From: Gracilinanus agilis
Taxonomy: Eukaryota
NCBI RefSeq assembly: GCF_016433145.1
Contig: NC_058135.1
Location: 193,956,742-194,020,741 of the forward strand
Direction of reading: 5' to 3'
Length of the DNA: 64,000 nucleotides
In this document: positions 51,250 through 64,000 of the stretch, piece after piece
Layout of the letters: the number at the start of each line of letters is the position of its first letter
How positions within the stretch are numbered: the first letter of the stretch is position 1
The notes under the pieces: model-generated
Seen by the model: the letters and a program-made list of their open reading frames with translations, nothing else
Told to the model about the DNA's origin: nothing
Database searches by the model: none
Position numbers and translations under genes: made by a program

Positions 51250-53760
51250 TTCATGTACACCAAGGAAAAATGGAGGCTGAAGGTTTTGACCTTGAATCTG
51301 GAAGTCAAAAAGCCCACAGACAAAGGCAAAACTTGGTTCTCTTCAGGCAAGACATATGGAACATACCAATATCAAGGAGAAATCTGCGTCTGAGTATGTC
51401 AAAAGACCTCCCAGCATCTTGGTCAAAGTTCGATAGGGAGATCAGAGAACATTAGGACCTACACAATCCCAGTTTTAGCATATATCTTTGAAAAAGTAAA
51501 AATGGGTGACAGATTTAGAAAGTATCCAAAATAAAACCTGTACAGTATTCAGGAATACATGGCCTATCACCCAAGGCAGCTATAAAAGATTCACACTTCT
51601 GGTCAAAAAGGAGGAAGGAGATTGACAAAATGTTTTCAAAACAGATGATAACCAGATTAAAAACTTGCAGGAGTACTTCCGGAACAAGCAGCTATTCACA
51701 GAACAATAGTAAAGGCTAACGATGCACATTGAAGTTATCAGTTATTATCAAAAATGGTTTGCTTTCTGATGGAGCCTATGAAATGACTAAGATTTAAGAA
51801 TGAAGTCAAAAGGACCTTCTCAAGTAACATCCACATGAACTTTATCAACAATATAGCAGAAAGAAGCGTCCAACAACTGACTGAATCATGCAAATTTCTT
51901 TTCACAGAACTGGAGAGGTTTATACTAGCTATACAAGACCATATAATTTCCCCCATGAGTTATAAAGTTAATCCTTAAGGAATCAGAATTTGGTATCCAA
52001 TGTCGATTATACAAAAAATGTTCAATATATTGCTACAGGCTGAAAAAAATCAGCACCTACCCAAAACTTAGAAAAACACAATACGAGGGTCCAAATTACA
52101 TATCAGAAATTTTCTACCCTTCATAAATTAATAGATGACAATCTTCATGAAACAACATTCTTCGATTCAGTTATTAGTCATGTCTAACTCTTTATGACTC
52201 CATTTTGGGTTTTCTTGGCAAAGATACCAGAGTGGTATGCTGTTTCCTTCTCCAGTGGATTAAGGCAAACCAAGGTTAAGTGACTTGCCCAGGGTCACAC
52301 AGCTAAGTATCCAGGGCTGGATCTTCCTGACTCAAAGTCTAGTGCTCTAGCTACTGTACTACCTAACTTATCTCTGCAATAAATACAGACCCCAAAATAT
52401 CTTTGACAATTCAAGAAATGAATTATACTGGAACTAGAGCGTTATTGCTGACAAAACTACTGACCACAATAATCTGGGGATAACATTGATCCATAAAAAT
52501 AAATTTAAGAACATTTTTATTAGATGTCATCATAGCAAATATTCATAATCTCTAAATTACACAGAATAAAAAAATCCAAATATAGACACCTAACAGAAGA
52601 AATAAAAACCAATGAGAAACAGAATGAATGACTTGTCATCCTGTCTGATATTGTAATTATCTTGAAGATACTTTCAATGAGCCATGTTATTGGTGGTATG
52701 GTGATAATGGATAGGGACTGATGGAGAGATGGCTCAAAGTCCTCTGATGGTTCAAGGACCTGAGCTGAGTGAAGGTGGGAAGCCTAAGTGAACACCAGGT
52801 CCCACAAAGTATTTGAAGCTCAGCTAAACACCCAACTCCCACCTAACAGTACCCAGGAATAAATGATCAAGTGAGAAGCTATAAATTGGATCACACCGCT
52901 TCTCTGGTTGCTCATCCTGGGTTTGGATTGATGGGTAAAGTTATAGACTAATGGATAACACCAATGACTTCGATATGACTTTGCTTAATTGATCCCTTCC
53001 CTCAAACCCAAGGATAAGTTTATTAATCCTTAAAACAATAATGACTTTCATCTAAGTAGACGTTTAAGATTTAATTGTAACAACTCAGGGAAAGGAACAG
53101 GGATGAAGGAAAGAGGTTTTGGGAAAACATCACTAAGCTACTGATGATCAGGTTTGTCAATCAAAGGGCAATCAGGTTGAGACTGTCTGCTGGAGAGGTT
53201 TCCCTCTCTGTGGCACCTTTAGTCTTAACCAGACTGACTGAGTCTTGATGTTGTTCTTCTTTGATGTTCAATGATTAATATATAGCACAGCTTAGTCCAG
53301 AAGTTGAGGATGTGATAACTATTGAGCAGGATGCAGATAACCTAAGTAGGTTTGGTTGGCCTACCCACCCAACCATCCAGGTCCCTTCTCAGGAATGAGA
53401 GAGTTTCTTGGACCAGTTTTTCTCTTTTATAGTCCTGCCAGTAACTGCTTTTTGCCCTCTGGCTCATGGCATCTGTGTTGGTTCTAAATTCTAAAACTGT
53501 TGGGTGTCACTCATCCTGGTCTCCATTTTGCATAGCAAAATGATATTACAGCCATCAGCAATGAACTTATATTCCAAAACTTTTATGCAATTGTTAAAAG
53601 TAATTCTATCTACCTGTTTAATAGTATATAAGATATTAAACACAAAAGAAAAATAACATGATGATCAGAGACTTGCCATGAGATCATATGTCTGGACTTC
53701 ATCAAAAAGATGAGAAGACCAAAGCAATGATAAAACAGTAAAAACCAATTTATTAAATAT
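51250..53760 (+). mobile_element. Very old LINE (L1/Tx1-like?) remnant hosting a MAR1 SINE and an LTR
   Basis: A-rich strand bias with weak endonuclease-like peptides (LKVLTLN; THFWSKRRKEID); MAR1 at 52166-52368(-). Confidence 0.35.
52685..53537 (-). mobile_element. Solo LTR
   Basis: Bounded by TG...CA; the minus strand has a TATAAAA box (~53430) and AATAAA (~53002). Confidence 0.65.
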
Positions 53761-54199
53761 TACATGGTAACTAATATTGATTAAATAACTACTGTGGGCT
53801 TGCTATTCTTCTAGGTCTATATAAAGGATGGATAAAGCATGATTCCTGCCTTAATAGAAATTATAGTCTAGTAGGGGAATAAGACACAATTGTAGATACT
53901 TAGAATATACACCATTACTTAATAATAATATTAGAGTTGAAAAATAGTTATATAAAGTACAGATAGGAACTTTATTAAATGAGAGAAAGACAGAGACCAG
54001 AAAGGGCTTCTTGAGCTAGGTAGCATTTGAGATGGGCTTTAAAGAATCAGAAGAAATTCAGTACACATAAAGGGGGAAGAAGGAAATTAAAGGCATAAGA
54101 AACACTATTAGAAAGGCATGGACAGGACAGTCTAGGATGGTCTGAGAATACAGAGGAATCCAGTTTGTAGAGTGCATTAGTACCAAATTATTAAAGACT

Positions 54200-54850
54200 T
54201 TGAATACTAGCTCTAGTCAGTCAATCAATAACCATTTATAAATACCTACTATGTACCAGGCACTGTGCTAAGAACTAGAGATACAGTTCTTGCCCTCAAG
54301 GGGTTTACAATGTAATGAAAGAGACAGCTAGCAAATAACCATGTACAAATGATCTATATAACATAAAAGGAAACAACAAAAGGCACTAAAATTAAAAAGG
54401 GTTGGGAAAGGCTTCCAAGAAGGGAGAATTTTAGTTGATAGCCAGGAAGCAGAGATGAGGAATTTATACTAGAGAGTCACTAAAGATTTTTGACCAGAAG
54501 ATTAGCATAGCTAGATGGATGCATAAAAACGATTATTCTGCTAGCAGAATGACTGAAGAAGGGTCAGAGAGTGAAGAGAAGAAGCCATTGCAACAATCAA
54601 AGTGGATGGTAATGAAGGGCTGTTGTAGGATAATGGCAATAAAAATAGGCAGATGTATGTGAGAGATACCGCAGAGGTGGAAAACAAGGTCTTTGTAACT
54701 GATATAATCTGAAGAAAGGAAAAAATCAAAGTTGGGGAACTAGTGGTCCCAGACAAAAGTGATGAAGTTGGGAGGCTCAGATTTAGATGGAAAGATAAGT
54801 TATGAGACACATTGATTTTGAATTGCTCATGAGACATCCAGGAAGAGATA
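54200..54850 (-). mobile_element. L2 fragment
   Basis: cagtcaatcaataaccatttataaatacctactatgtaccaggcactgtgctaag followed by reverse L2 body. Confidence 0.75.
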
Positions 54851-56907
54851 TCCTATCTAGACAGTTTGAAATTTAGGTTTGGAACTCAATTGAATTTAAC
54901 AAATATTTATTGTGTCTGTTCTATGCAAGGGAGTATAAAGACAAAAATGAAACAGTATTTGTCTTCAAGGAGCTTACAATCAATGTAGAACTAGTATGAA
55001 AGGTTTAGAGCTGAAGGTATAGGTTTAGGAGGCATCTACATAGAAGTGATCATTAAAGCCATGATGAGAGAGAGATTACTGGTGCATGCTACAGAAAAAA
55101 GAGGGGCAATGTGATAGAGTCGAGTCCCAGCTCTTCATGACTGTGATACCTGGTCCCAGCCCATACTCCTGGAGGGACCCTAAGGATTTTCAGAGTTAAG
55201 AAATCTGAATAGTAGTAGGGCTAGTATTTTGAGTAAAAGAGAAGAAAAATATAGACAGTGAATCTTGAATACTGCTGAGTAGGTACGATGGATAGTGCAC
55301 TGAGCCTGGAGTGAGCTTTGTGATCCCAAGCAAGTCACTTAATCTCTATTTATCTCAGTTTCCTCAACTGTACAATGGAGATGTTGTTAAAAGGATCATA
55401 AGAGAAAATGTTGTTATAAGGATCATAAGAGAAAACATTTGTGAAGTACTTACACAGTGTCTGCACATATTCTCACATTTCCCTCACTGTATATGGCTTC
55501 CCCCACAGTTATAATATAGTGGGGAAAGTCCTGGACTATATCAGACTTTGCTACTAATTTACTATATGAATATAGGGAAATGGATTAACCTCTCTAGGCT
55601 TTGGTTATGTCATTTATAAAATGAAGAAGTTGGGCAAGATAGTGTCTAAAGTCCCTTTTAGCTCTAAGCATCTATGACCTAAATCCAATAATGTTGTTTT
55701 TAATTCACAAATTCCATTGCTTATCCCTAATGGAATTTTGGACTTTGATAAGCTTTGTCTCTTGCAAGTTTCCTTGACTATCATTTTTTAGTCATCCCTT
55801 TTCCAAAACGATCTTTAGAATCCATTCAATTTTCTGATCTCATGCACTTAAGAATTCTGCAGCTTGCTAATGGCCCAGCATTTCTTGGTTGACACAAGGC
55901 CAATCACAAGTAGCTACAGAGTTTTGGAGATGGAAAAGACCTTAGAGATCATCTAATACAACCCACTCGTTCAACTGATGTGGAAACTGAGGTCAAGAGA
56001 GAAGAAATAGCACTTTTTGCGGAATACACTTGAGTTCATTGCCTTTATTCCAAGTTGGCACAGACCCAGGGACCTAAACAACTTGGACTAGATCTCAAAG
56101 ACTGAAGTGAGGAAGAGAGAGAGGGAGCAGGGGAGGGAAGAAGGGAAAGAGGGAGGTAAAAAAATAAAAGGAAGAACTAATAATTCTTGATGTCTTTAGT
56201 TGACTGATCCTGGCTATCAGTATATAAAAGTGTCTCAGTTTCTTCATGTGTAAAAGGAAGGAGCTGGACTAGATGACCTTGAAAGTCCTTTTTCAGGCAT
56301 AATATTCTGTGATTCATTATGACTATGTCACTGGAAGGTATGGAAGGGCCTGATGAATATTGTGCATGTCTACAAAATTTTTACAGACCTCTATTTATAT
56401 CTGTTGCACCAACTCACAGGTCCTATTTTTTTCCTTAGATTTTGAAAATCCATGGTTCCTACCTTCCAGATGCTGCATTTAGCCAGATTAACCCGTGGCT
56501 AATTAGTGGCAGCTCACTGGATTCAAACAAATGGGTCTCCATTATGTTTTTGACCTCTCCGTTCAAGCAGGAGGGATTGGTTCAGATCTCCTGCCTTTGT
56601 TATCAGATGATTAACTGGTAGAATATGAGGGCAATTTGGCTTTGTGCTCTGTCTTAAAGGAGAGAGAATTACTCTGGGAAATCTCTCAGGCACAAATTCT
56701 ATTCTTGGTCAAGTCAGCAGTGAAGGAGTAGACTTCTCTGTAGGAATGTTTCTCAAGTTGGTGTGGCCCTCCCCAGAACGTCCTGTGCCTTCTGGGTCTC
56801 GGCACAGGTCTCGGCAGGAGTGCCAGGTGCAGTTACCACACAGCACTGATTTCCAAAGGGTTCCTTACCTCTTAAAGGCCCCATTTAATCTGCTACCCAC
56901 AACTTAC

Positions 56908-56975
56908 CTCACTCTCAGGAGCCAGACAGGAAGAAGTGGGCAGCGACAGGACATAAGGAAACATCTGTCTGGACC
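56908..56975 (-). CDS. Candidate 68-nt exon containing possible start codons
   Basis: Strong acceptor cttcctctatcctctaatcccttgcctgcacag|G and consensus donor GAG|gtaagt; ATG at 56964 (MFPYVLSLPTSSCLAPESE) and ATG at 56954 (MSCRCPLLPVWLLRV), both in weak Kozak context. Confidence 0.4.
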
Positions 56976-58689
56976 CTGTGCAGGCAAGGGATTAGAGGAT
57001 AGAGGAAGCTTAATTATGTCATTCACTTTCACAGAAAATGTGTGCTAAGGGGAGGAAAGGATTAAGCCAATTGAAGAAATCTCCCAGCAGTTCCCTAAAA
57101 GGTGGCTGCAAAGTGATTGCTCTATCTTCTATGTCACCTGCTTCTCACGAGCCTCAGGCAGCTCAAGAAGTCTACCAGACCCCACTTGGTTTTGAGTTGT
57201 GGGTTTCAGAAAGGCTTTTGAGCTGGTGCTGGCCATTTTAAAAAAGAAGAGAGAAACTAAAAAAATAAGCTCCAGTGGTTTCCCAAACTGATCTCCAGAG
57301 GAAGGTGGAGAGCTAATTTTCCTTCAGTTTTACATATTTGGGTAAATATGACAGGTGAAATAGATGGCATTGATATCTAGAACACAGCATAGAGACAGGT
57401 GGCACCAGCTCCCAAACTCAATCTCTTTTTCATCTTCCTGAACATTTACTTATGTTCCTGGGGGCTGTCTAGCATGCAGAAGAGAGGCACAGACTACAAG
57501 ATCATTTATCATCGCTCTCTCCCATGTACCACTTCACTTCCCAAATATCTCTAAACCTGAACCCAAACAGAAAGGATGTGCTTTTGTCTCTCTGTCCTAC
57601 AAATTGAAGTTGGCTGTGAACTTCTGCCTGACAATGATTTTCGTACTTTTGAAGAATGATTCTAAAAGTGAGGCTGAATTTCTTTCCTCTCATCCAGAAC
57701 AGCCTCTGTTGTCCCAAATAACAATACGTTAAAGAAATGGGCTCTTGTTCCCCAACATGCCTCGATTAGAAAATGAGGTTTCGTAAAGGAACAAAATATT
57801 AGGTCTACAAAAATAATACCCAGAGCTTTTGGCCATCTAGTATGTCCCTAGAAATGTGTAAAGTTGATCTTCGAAAAGTGAATCACATTTTCCCACAAGA
57901 AAAAAAAAATGTTATAATTGGTTGTTTTCCTGACCAGGGAGTTGACATCAAATAAATCACCGACAAGACCAACACTGTCATACATGCAAATATTTAACAA
58001 GACCTGTCTGTAGTTATTTTCTCTTTATATTCCAGTTATTTCTAAATATAACTCCCCACTGCATTATACAAAAAGATCTTTGTAGTAAGAAAGAAAAATA
58101 GATAAGTAAAAACAGTTGGTTCAATGACTTCCCAGCCATCTCCACAACATGTGGCTTTTGTCTACTCCTCCTGCTCTGATAGATGAGTTTTAACCTTACC
58201 TTCTCAGGACCCTGGCCGTCTTCCACATCATCTCCCCCTCCTACCTTTTCCCAGCCCAGCTTCCCTCATGGTGTCTTCTCCCAAATAGAACATGAGTTCT
58301 CTTTGAAGGCAGGTTTTATCGAGTTTGTATTTGCATCCCCTGTGCTCAGCTAGTGCCAGATACAGAGGAAGCTCTTAATAAATGTTCCATCTCTCTATCT
58401 GATGACCTTGATCAGTGGGGGTATACAACATTCTTTACCTGAAGTGCTCCACCTCTCTACTGCAAGGCAGATTGTGTCATCTTTTGTTTGGGACTAAGAC
58501 TGACAATCAGATCTATTCAGAATTCGTCTTCATTTTCACTGAGGTTTCTGTTCATTATTGTCATCATTATGTACTCTCTGTCTCATTATATGCTCTCTGA
58601 CTACTGCACCACTGCACTCTGTAATAGTTCCACTTTGACATTCAAAAACCTTTCCTTACCTGCTCCCTTCCTACCTTTCCAGGTGAAGG

Positions 58690-58950
58690 CAATGAAGTGA
58701 TAAAGTGCATAGAGCCCTGGGCTTGGAGTCAGGAAGACCTGACCAGAAATAGCCCCTTCAGACACTTACTAGCAGTATGGCTCTGAGCAGGTCACTTCAT
58801 CTCTGTTTGCCTCAGTTTCCTCACCTGAAAAATGGGGGTAATATAAGTACCTACTTCCAACGTTTGTTGTGAGGATAAAAGAATATTTACAAAGTGCTTA
58901 TTAGCACAATGTCTAACACATAGTAGGTGCTTAATAAATGTGTGTTTCTT
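58690..58950 (+). mobile_element. MIR/CORE SINE
   Basis: ggagtcaggaagacctg...tgcctcagtttcctcacctgaaaaatggggg...cacatagtaggtgcttaataaatg. Confidence 0.85.
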
Positions 58951-60264
58951 TTCCCTTCAGTCTTCCCTTACCTTACTCACTGAGATCCAGGTACTATTCC
59001 TCGAAAAAGATACTTCTTTCTCCTAACTCTGGGCATCTTTGCTCTCCCCTCATTGAGGTTGGAGTGAGCCCGGCTGTCCTCTTTCCCTTGCCCCTTGTGC
59101 TGTGTCCTACCTCTGGACCAAGTTCAGACTTCCACCTTACTGAGAGGACCCCTCCTTGCTGCCCCTTCATGCCATTCTGGGAAGGAGCACTGCTGACCCC
59201 TATCTTCTATTAGTTCTGTTGCCCTAGGATTTGGTTGGATTTCGTTTTTTGTTTTGTTTTGTTTTATTGTTGTTGTCTGGAAGAGAGTTGGAGAGCTCTA
59301 AGTGTTTCTTACTCCTCAATCTTAGCTACCCACTCTGGGCATTTTCACTGGCTGTACCCTCTGCCTGAAAAGCTCTCTCTCTCTCCTCATCTATGACTCA
59401 GCTTCTTTGGTACCAGCTAAAATGCCATCTTTCCTGATCCCCTTTAATTCTACTGCCTTTTTGTATATAACTTGTTTGAACAAAATTTTTTTATGTTGTC
59501 TCCCCTGAAAACAGGAACTGTCATTTGCCTTTCTTTATATCTCCCAACTCTTAGCACAGTGCTTGGCACACAGAAGACATGTAATAATTAGTATAATAAT
59601 AATAAATGTTTATGGAATGGCTGGCTGAGTTCACACAAGTTTTTCTATTTTTCTGACTTCCTCATTTTCTTTGATTCTTGTGGTCCAAATGTGCACATTA
59701 ATACACCATAGTTTGTTCAGCCATTCCCCAGGAGATAGATAACTGCATAATTTCCACCTTATAGTAATTTTTAGATGGAAAGATTATATTTCAAGTTTTC
59801 TAAAATGGGCTACTGCACACATTGATTATGCAAAGAACCTCAATATTCTATGGAGGGTACAAAGGACACATGAAAAATACCACTCCATTGTAAACTTTCC
59901 CCAAAGCTAACATACTAGCAAAAAGACATATTAATTACATTTTTAATTAACAATTGGTATTACCTTCTTAGAATTGAGAAGATCTTTTACACTTTGTTTT
60001 GGATGGCAGGTTTCTTTTTAAAATGAGGAACGGGAAGCTACCCTGGGCATTTTGAATTGTTGCCTTCTTTTTCTCAGTCAGATTTTTTGGAGCAAACAGA
60101 CATTTTCTAAGCCATTCTACTCACCTTGGAGCTGAGGTCTAAGCAGCTCCTATGTGCTGTAGAACATGGGGTCCTGAGTTTGACTCTTGAATCTCACCTT
60201 TTCAATCCATCTGATGTTGATAATTCACTTCTGCCCTCTGGGTTTCCCTCCCCTAATTGGGAAG

Positions 60265-60424
60265 TAGAGGTGGCAAAGCTGCCACCTAGGAAGGAGCCCT
60301 GTATTAAAATTAATTGGGAAATGTAAATAAAAACACCATACAACATATATGATGTTAATTTGATGTTTTCAAAGTCAATATGTGGCCTGTAGGGATGCAT
60401 TTCTATTTGAGTTTGATACTACTA
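60265..60424. mobile_element. hAT-type MITE (family of 2471-2673)
   Basis: tagaggtggcaaa...aattgggaaat...aagtcaatatgtggcctgtagggat...ttctatttgagtttgatactacta. Confidence 0.7.
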
Positions 60425-62088
60425 AATGATGTCCAAGGGGTGTTCTGGTCCTAAAACCCTAGGTTCGCTAAACAATTGCTATCAGTGATGATGGTAGGCA
60501 TGTTTCTGCCTCTGAAAAGCATTTCTAAAAATCTGGGCTGACTCCATATCTTTCCCCATTTTCTTAACCTCCAAGTTTATTCTGAAAGCTGCAGGCATAC
60601 CTGCTCAGCATCTCACCAAAGCAATGTCACTTGGGAAGCAAACAGCAGTAAAAAGCCCTCCATTCAATCCCTCTCTCTCAGTACTTCACACCTACTTGGA
60701 AAACCATTAAAGTAATTTTTGAGGCATTCACTTGCCTGTGTAGCAACTCCAGAATTGGCACTCTATCTACTGAACGACCTACATTTGGCCTGTAGTATGA
60801 ACTTAACATATTTTCATTCATTCATTCAAATACATAGGAGAGGTAGAAACAAAGTGCCATATGGAGTCAGAGCAACAGAGTAATTACAAACTGGGATCAG
60901 GGAGGTCATCCTGGAGGAGGCTTTGAAGAACAGGAAGGAATAAATAGGTAGAGATTGAGAAGACTTCCTAAAAATTGGGAACAATGTGAAAATAGGCACA
61001 GCAAAGAAGAGACCTGTGCCATGAACCCTCAGGTAGGTATTGATGATAATCCCTCTGGCAAAAGAAAAAAAATATTTCCTTTCTATCTTCTTTCACTCTA
61101 TTCTCTTCTCTACTTTTTTTATTCTTTTCCTTTCCTTTTTTCTTTTTCTAAAATTTGTATGAGGCATTTAACCTTTTTATTCAATGTTATCATATCCCCT
61201 TCCCCAAAGTCTTTGGGGGGTGGTATGGTATGGAGAAGACCAAAGCTAGGGCAGATGAGTACAAGCTCTGACAGGTCCTAGCAATGGAGAAAAGGCTTTG
61301 AATTCTTTATCATGAGCTCCTTCTTTGTAATAGATAAAGGCTCAAACTGAGACTCCAAGGAGTTAGGTCACACAACCAGAAAGTACAGGTTGCCTGCCTA
61401 TTGTCCTAGGTCCAGCCAAGCTGACTTTAGAAAGGCTCATCGCCTGGTTGGCTACAGGGTAATATTTTTTTTTTAGCCATAGCAAATTACCAAGACCGTC
61501 TACTAAGTTAGATAAGGTTGTGATCTATGTTAAAGGAGAGAGTTCCCACATGGATCTTTAAAGCATTAGTTTAAATCCACCATTGAAGCATCCTGACATA
61601 AAACCTTGGGTACAATTTTCGGGTTCATTCACATAAATTTTTCTGGCTTATATCCTGAACCAGAGAAACCCTGGGAACATCAGGACTTGGCTTATTTTGT
61701 TTTCCAAAATGGACCCTCAATTCTCCCTCATTTATTCAGGAGATCAGAATATTAAACATAAAAAAGGTTTTATTTAAGCAGCAAAAGATGGAAAACATTT
61801 ATGCATTGGGTTACTTCATCTATTATCTAAGAATTTCTGAGCTAGAAAAGAAAAATTAAGAGTCATTGACCATGTAGCCCTCTCAACAATCCTCAGAACT
61901 AGACAGGATAGGGCTTACTCCCATTTTACAGATGTGGAAAATGAAATTCAAAAACATTTAGTGACTTTCCTTAATCTAGCTAAAAGTATAGCCACAGCTA
62001 GAGTCTCTGAGTAATCTAATTCCAGCTCTATAAGTCCTTATCCCAGAGTGTGCCTCTTTTCTTCTTTTTTTCATTTCTTTACTCTCAG

Positions 62089-63140
62089 TGTTATAATGAT
62101 ATGTGGCACACTGGCTATATGAGACCACTGGAGAATCACTTATTCTCTTGGGGCCCCAGGCCAATCTGTAGATCTCTAAGTTACAGAAGAGTTGTGTTGC
62201 TAAAAGAGGTTTCCAACCAGGAGTTCCCTACAATGAAGAAACCTCAAGTCCATGCCACTTTCCACCTTTAATCTTCACCCCCTAAAAAGCTAAAGGGAAC
62301 CAATACTTTGGCTCTCCTGTGGCTGTATTACTCATGTCTGGTTTGTTGGCCCTTTGTCTCCAAATGAGAAATCCTACAATTACAAAGGAGTCCTACTTAG
62401 AATCACTATTAAATGATGTAGAAAGTTATGACTCTCTCAACCTCAGCTGGCCTGTCTCCAGTCTCCTCTTGAGCTCCTTCTTCTGATAAGTGGAGCCTAG
62501 CTAGACCTACGTACATCTCAGATAGGATTGCCAATTGTTGACTTCCCATAAAGACAACCTGGAACCATTTTTCAAAACCCTGGCTTCTCTGATATCCAGT
62601 TCCTTGGGCTGCCTTGAGGCTTGATGGAGATTGGTACTTTTCTTGCCCAATTACCCTCTTGAGCTTGCCCAGATACCTCCTTGCTAAAGGGTTCTTTGCC
62701 TCCAAGAGAAAAGGTGACCAACAGCAACAACTTCTGAATTGAAAGCAGCAGATCTTCCTTAGCCTCAGGAGACATTTGCAGAGGAATCTGAAAAGTTACC
62801 ACAAAAATATGACCATATGGTATCCTGGGGCATGTTTGTCTTACCAAAGATATCATAGAATCTTTGAAGAAGTAGTTGCACTGCCAACTTGTCAATTAAT
62901 CAGCCTTTCCCAGGTCAATGGGGACATTGCAGATTGAGTCTGGGTGTACCGGGCCTGAAGGAATTCACTTTAATTAAAGGATTTGTGCCAAAATGGAATC
63001 CTCAAATCCTTTGAGCAATGTTGCATGAACTGGGCATTTCAATCCCTGTGTGCATTTTCCATTGCTGCAAAATGACAAATATCCTGACCCAGCAATTCAA
63101 GGGAAGGAGCTGATGCTAAGTCACTTAGAAACCCACTGTA
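62089..63140 (-). mobile_element. Probable solo LTR
   Basis: The minus strand ends ...cattataaCA at 62089, like the other LTRs here; purine-rich gagactggagacagg...gctgagg core; every frame carries stops. The far boundary is uncertain. Confidence 0.5.
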
Positions 63141-63170
63141 GGTCTCTCAGCTGAGAAATATGGCCTCCCT

Positions 63171-63171
<1 letters not shown>

Positions 63172-63224
<53 letters not shown>

Positions 63225-63237
63225 ACACACACACCCA
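63172..63237. repeat. (CA)n microsatellite
   Basis: Read directly from the sequence. Confidence 0.95.
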
Positions 63238-64000
63238 ATATGCATGTGTCTGAAAAGACATTTATCATCCTTCTTTCCTTCAGTTACAATATTAAATACC
63301 TGCTCTATGCGAGGCACTGCACTATATACAGGAGATACAAAGGGAGATATAAGAGATCTTGCTTACTGAAGTGAGGAGAATTATCTTGACTATTTATGAG
63401 CTCAAGCATGAGTTCTTCATGTTTTGTATCTTCTGTAAAGATATCCTCTGTCCTGTATATATTATTAGCTTGAGAGCTTGCATCAGAACTAAGGTTCTTT
63501 TACCTATATCTGAGGACACCTAAACACAAGCTAAATTCAGATCCTGAGTCTAAAATAAGTCAAAGAATCGTTTATGAGAGGTCCATAGCATTGAAGTTAG
63601 CTTTTATAAAACCACTTCTTGAGGTTTTGAACCACAGGTTTTAGGAGTCTACAGTCTATTAACTATAATTTAAGGGAGAGAAGATAAGGGCATAGGAGAA
63701 ATCTAGATGAAGTGATATGAAGAATTTGAGAAGGGAAGTAAGTAGACAAGAAAAGCTTCACAGAGGAAGTGACACAAGGGAAATGAAGGAAAGGATAAGA
63801 GAGGCCAATTCAGGCAAGCATGAATAAAATCATAGAAAAAAGGAGAAGTCAAGACAAGAACAGAGACCAGACAGTAATTCAACTTGGCCCATATTTAAGG
63901 TACTTGTATTGCTTTCAGATTTGTAAATATACTTCTTATGGATAATCTTGACCATTTTTGTAAAGAATGTTGGAAACTAAACTCATAGCCACCTGGCTGG

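Noticed and set aside
60125-60299. Candidate minus-strand exon with good donors and an 8-bp hairpin (60268-60287)
   Set aside because: Its acceptor and the hairpin fall inside the hAT MITE at 60265-60424, and its phase does not fit the 56975 exon.
62185-62250. Peptide CVAKRGFQPGVPYNEETSSP resembling a Copia RT motif
   Set aside because: It is a single short match with no flanking RT motifs, and Copia elements are not known in mammals; probably chance.
62409-62990. Apparent minus-strand exons and ORFs (107 and 98 aa), including a possible frameshifted pseudo-exon
   Set aside because: All frames of the first segment carry stops, phases do not join, and the region lies in an LTR-like unit ending ...ATAACA at 62089.
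1-64000. Endogenous non-retroviral elements (filovirus or bornavirus), NUMTs, tRNA/rRNA/snRNA genes, CRISPR arrays, CpG island
   Set aside because: No recognisable motifs were found by eye; tRNA-like sequence occurs only as SINE heads. A tBLASTn/cmscan search would be needed to exclude very divergent cases.

Overview
This is AT-rich, CpG-poor mammalian genomic DNA. The SINE content (young opossum-type tRNA/CORE SINEs with intact target-site duplications, MAR1, MIR, RTE fragments, and a marsupial Tigger-like MITE) points to a didelphid marsupial such as Monodelphis. Much of the window is interspersed repeats: L1 (one near-full-length decayed copy back-to-back with an inverted one), L2, L3/CR1, RTE, several LTRs, hAT and Tigger MITEs, and microsatellites. 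There are two assembly gaps (3775-4265 and 24423-24594). I recognise no protein-coding gene by homology and no intact tRNA, rRNA, snRNA or CRISPR array. Most supplied ORFs are chance ORFs, or artefacts of gaps or repeats. The non-repeat islands do contain canonical minus-strand splice sites (56975-56908, 46086-45956, 26176-25940, 25776-25597, 14898-14830, 14616-) that can be chained in compatible phases into an unidentified ~250-aa candidate gene; confidence is low. The islands also hold enhancer-like motif clusters (8.6-9.3 kb, 35.7-36.0 kb, 49.2 kb), small local duplications, CpG-retaining hairpins and a 47-nt insertion with a 15-bp target-site duplication. Repeat family names come from recalled consensus motifs, not from a database search, and repeat boundaries are approximate.
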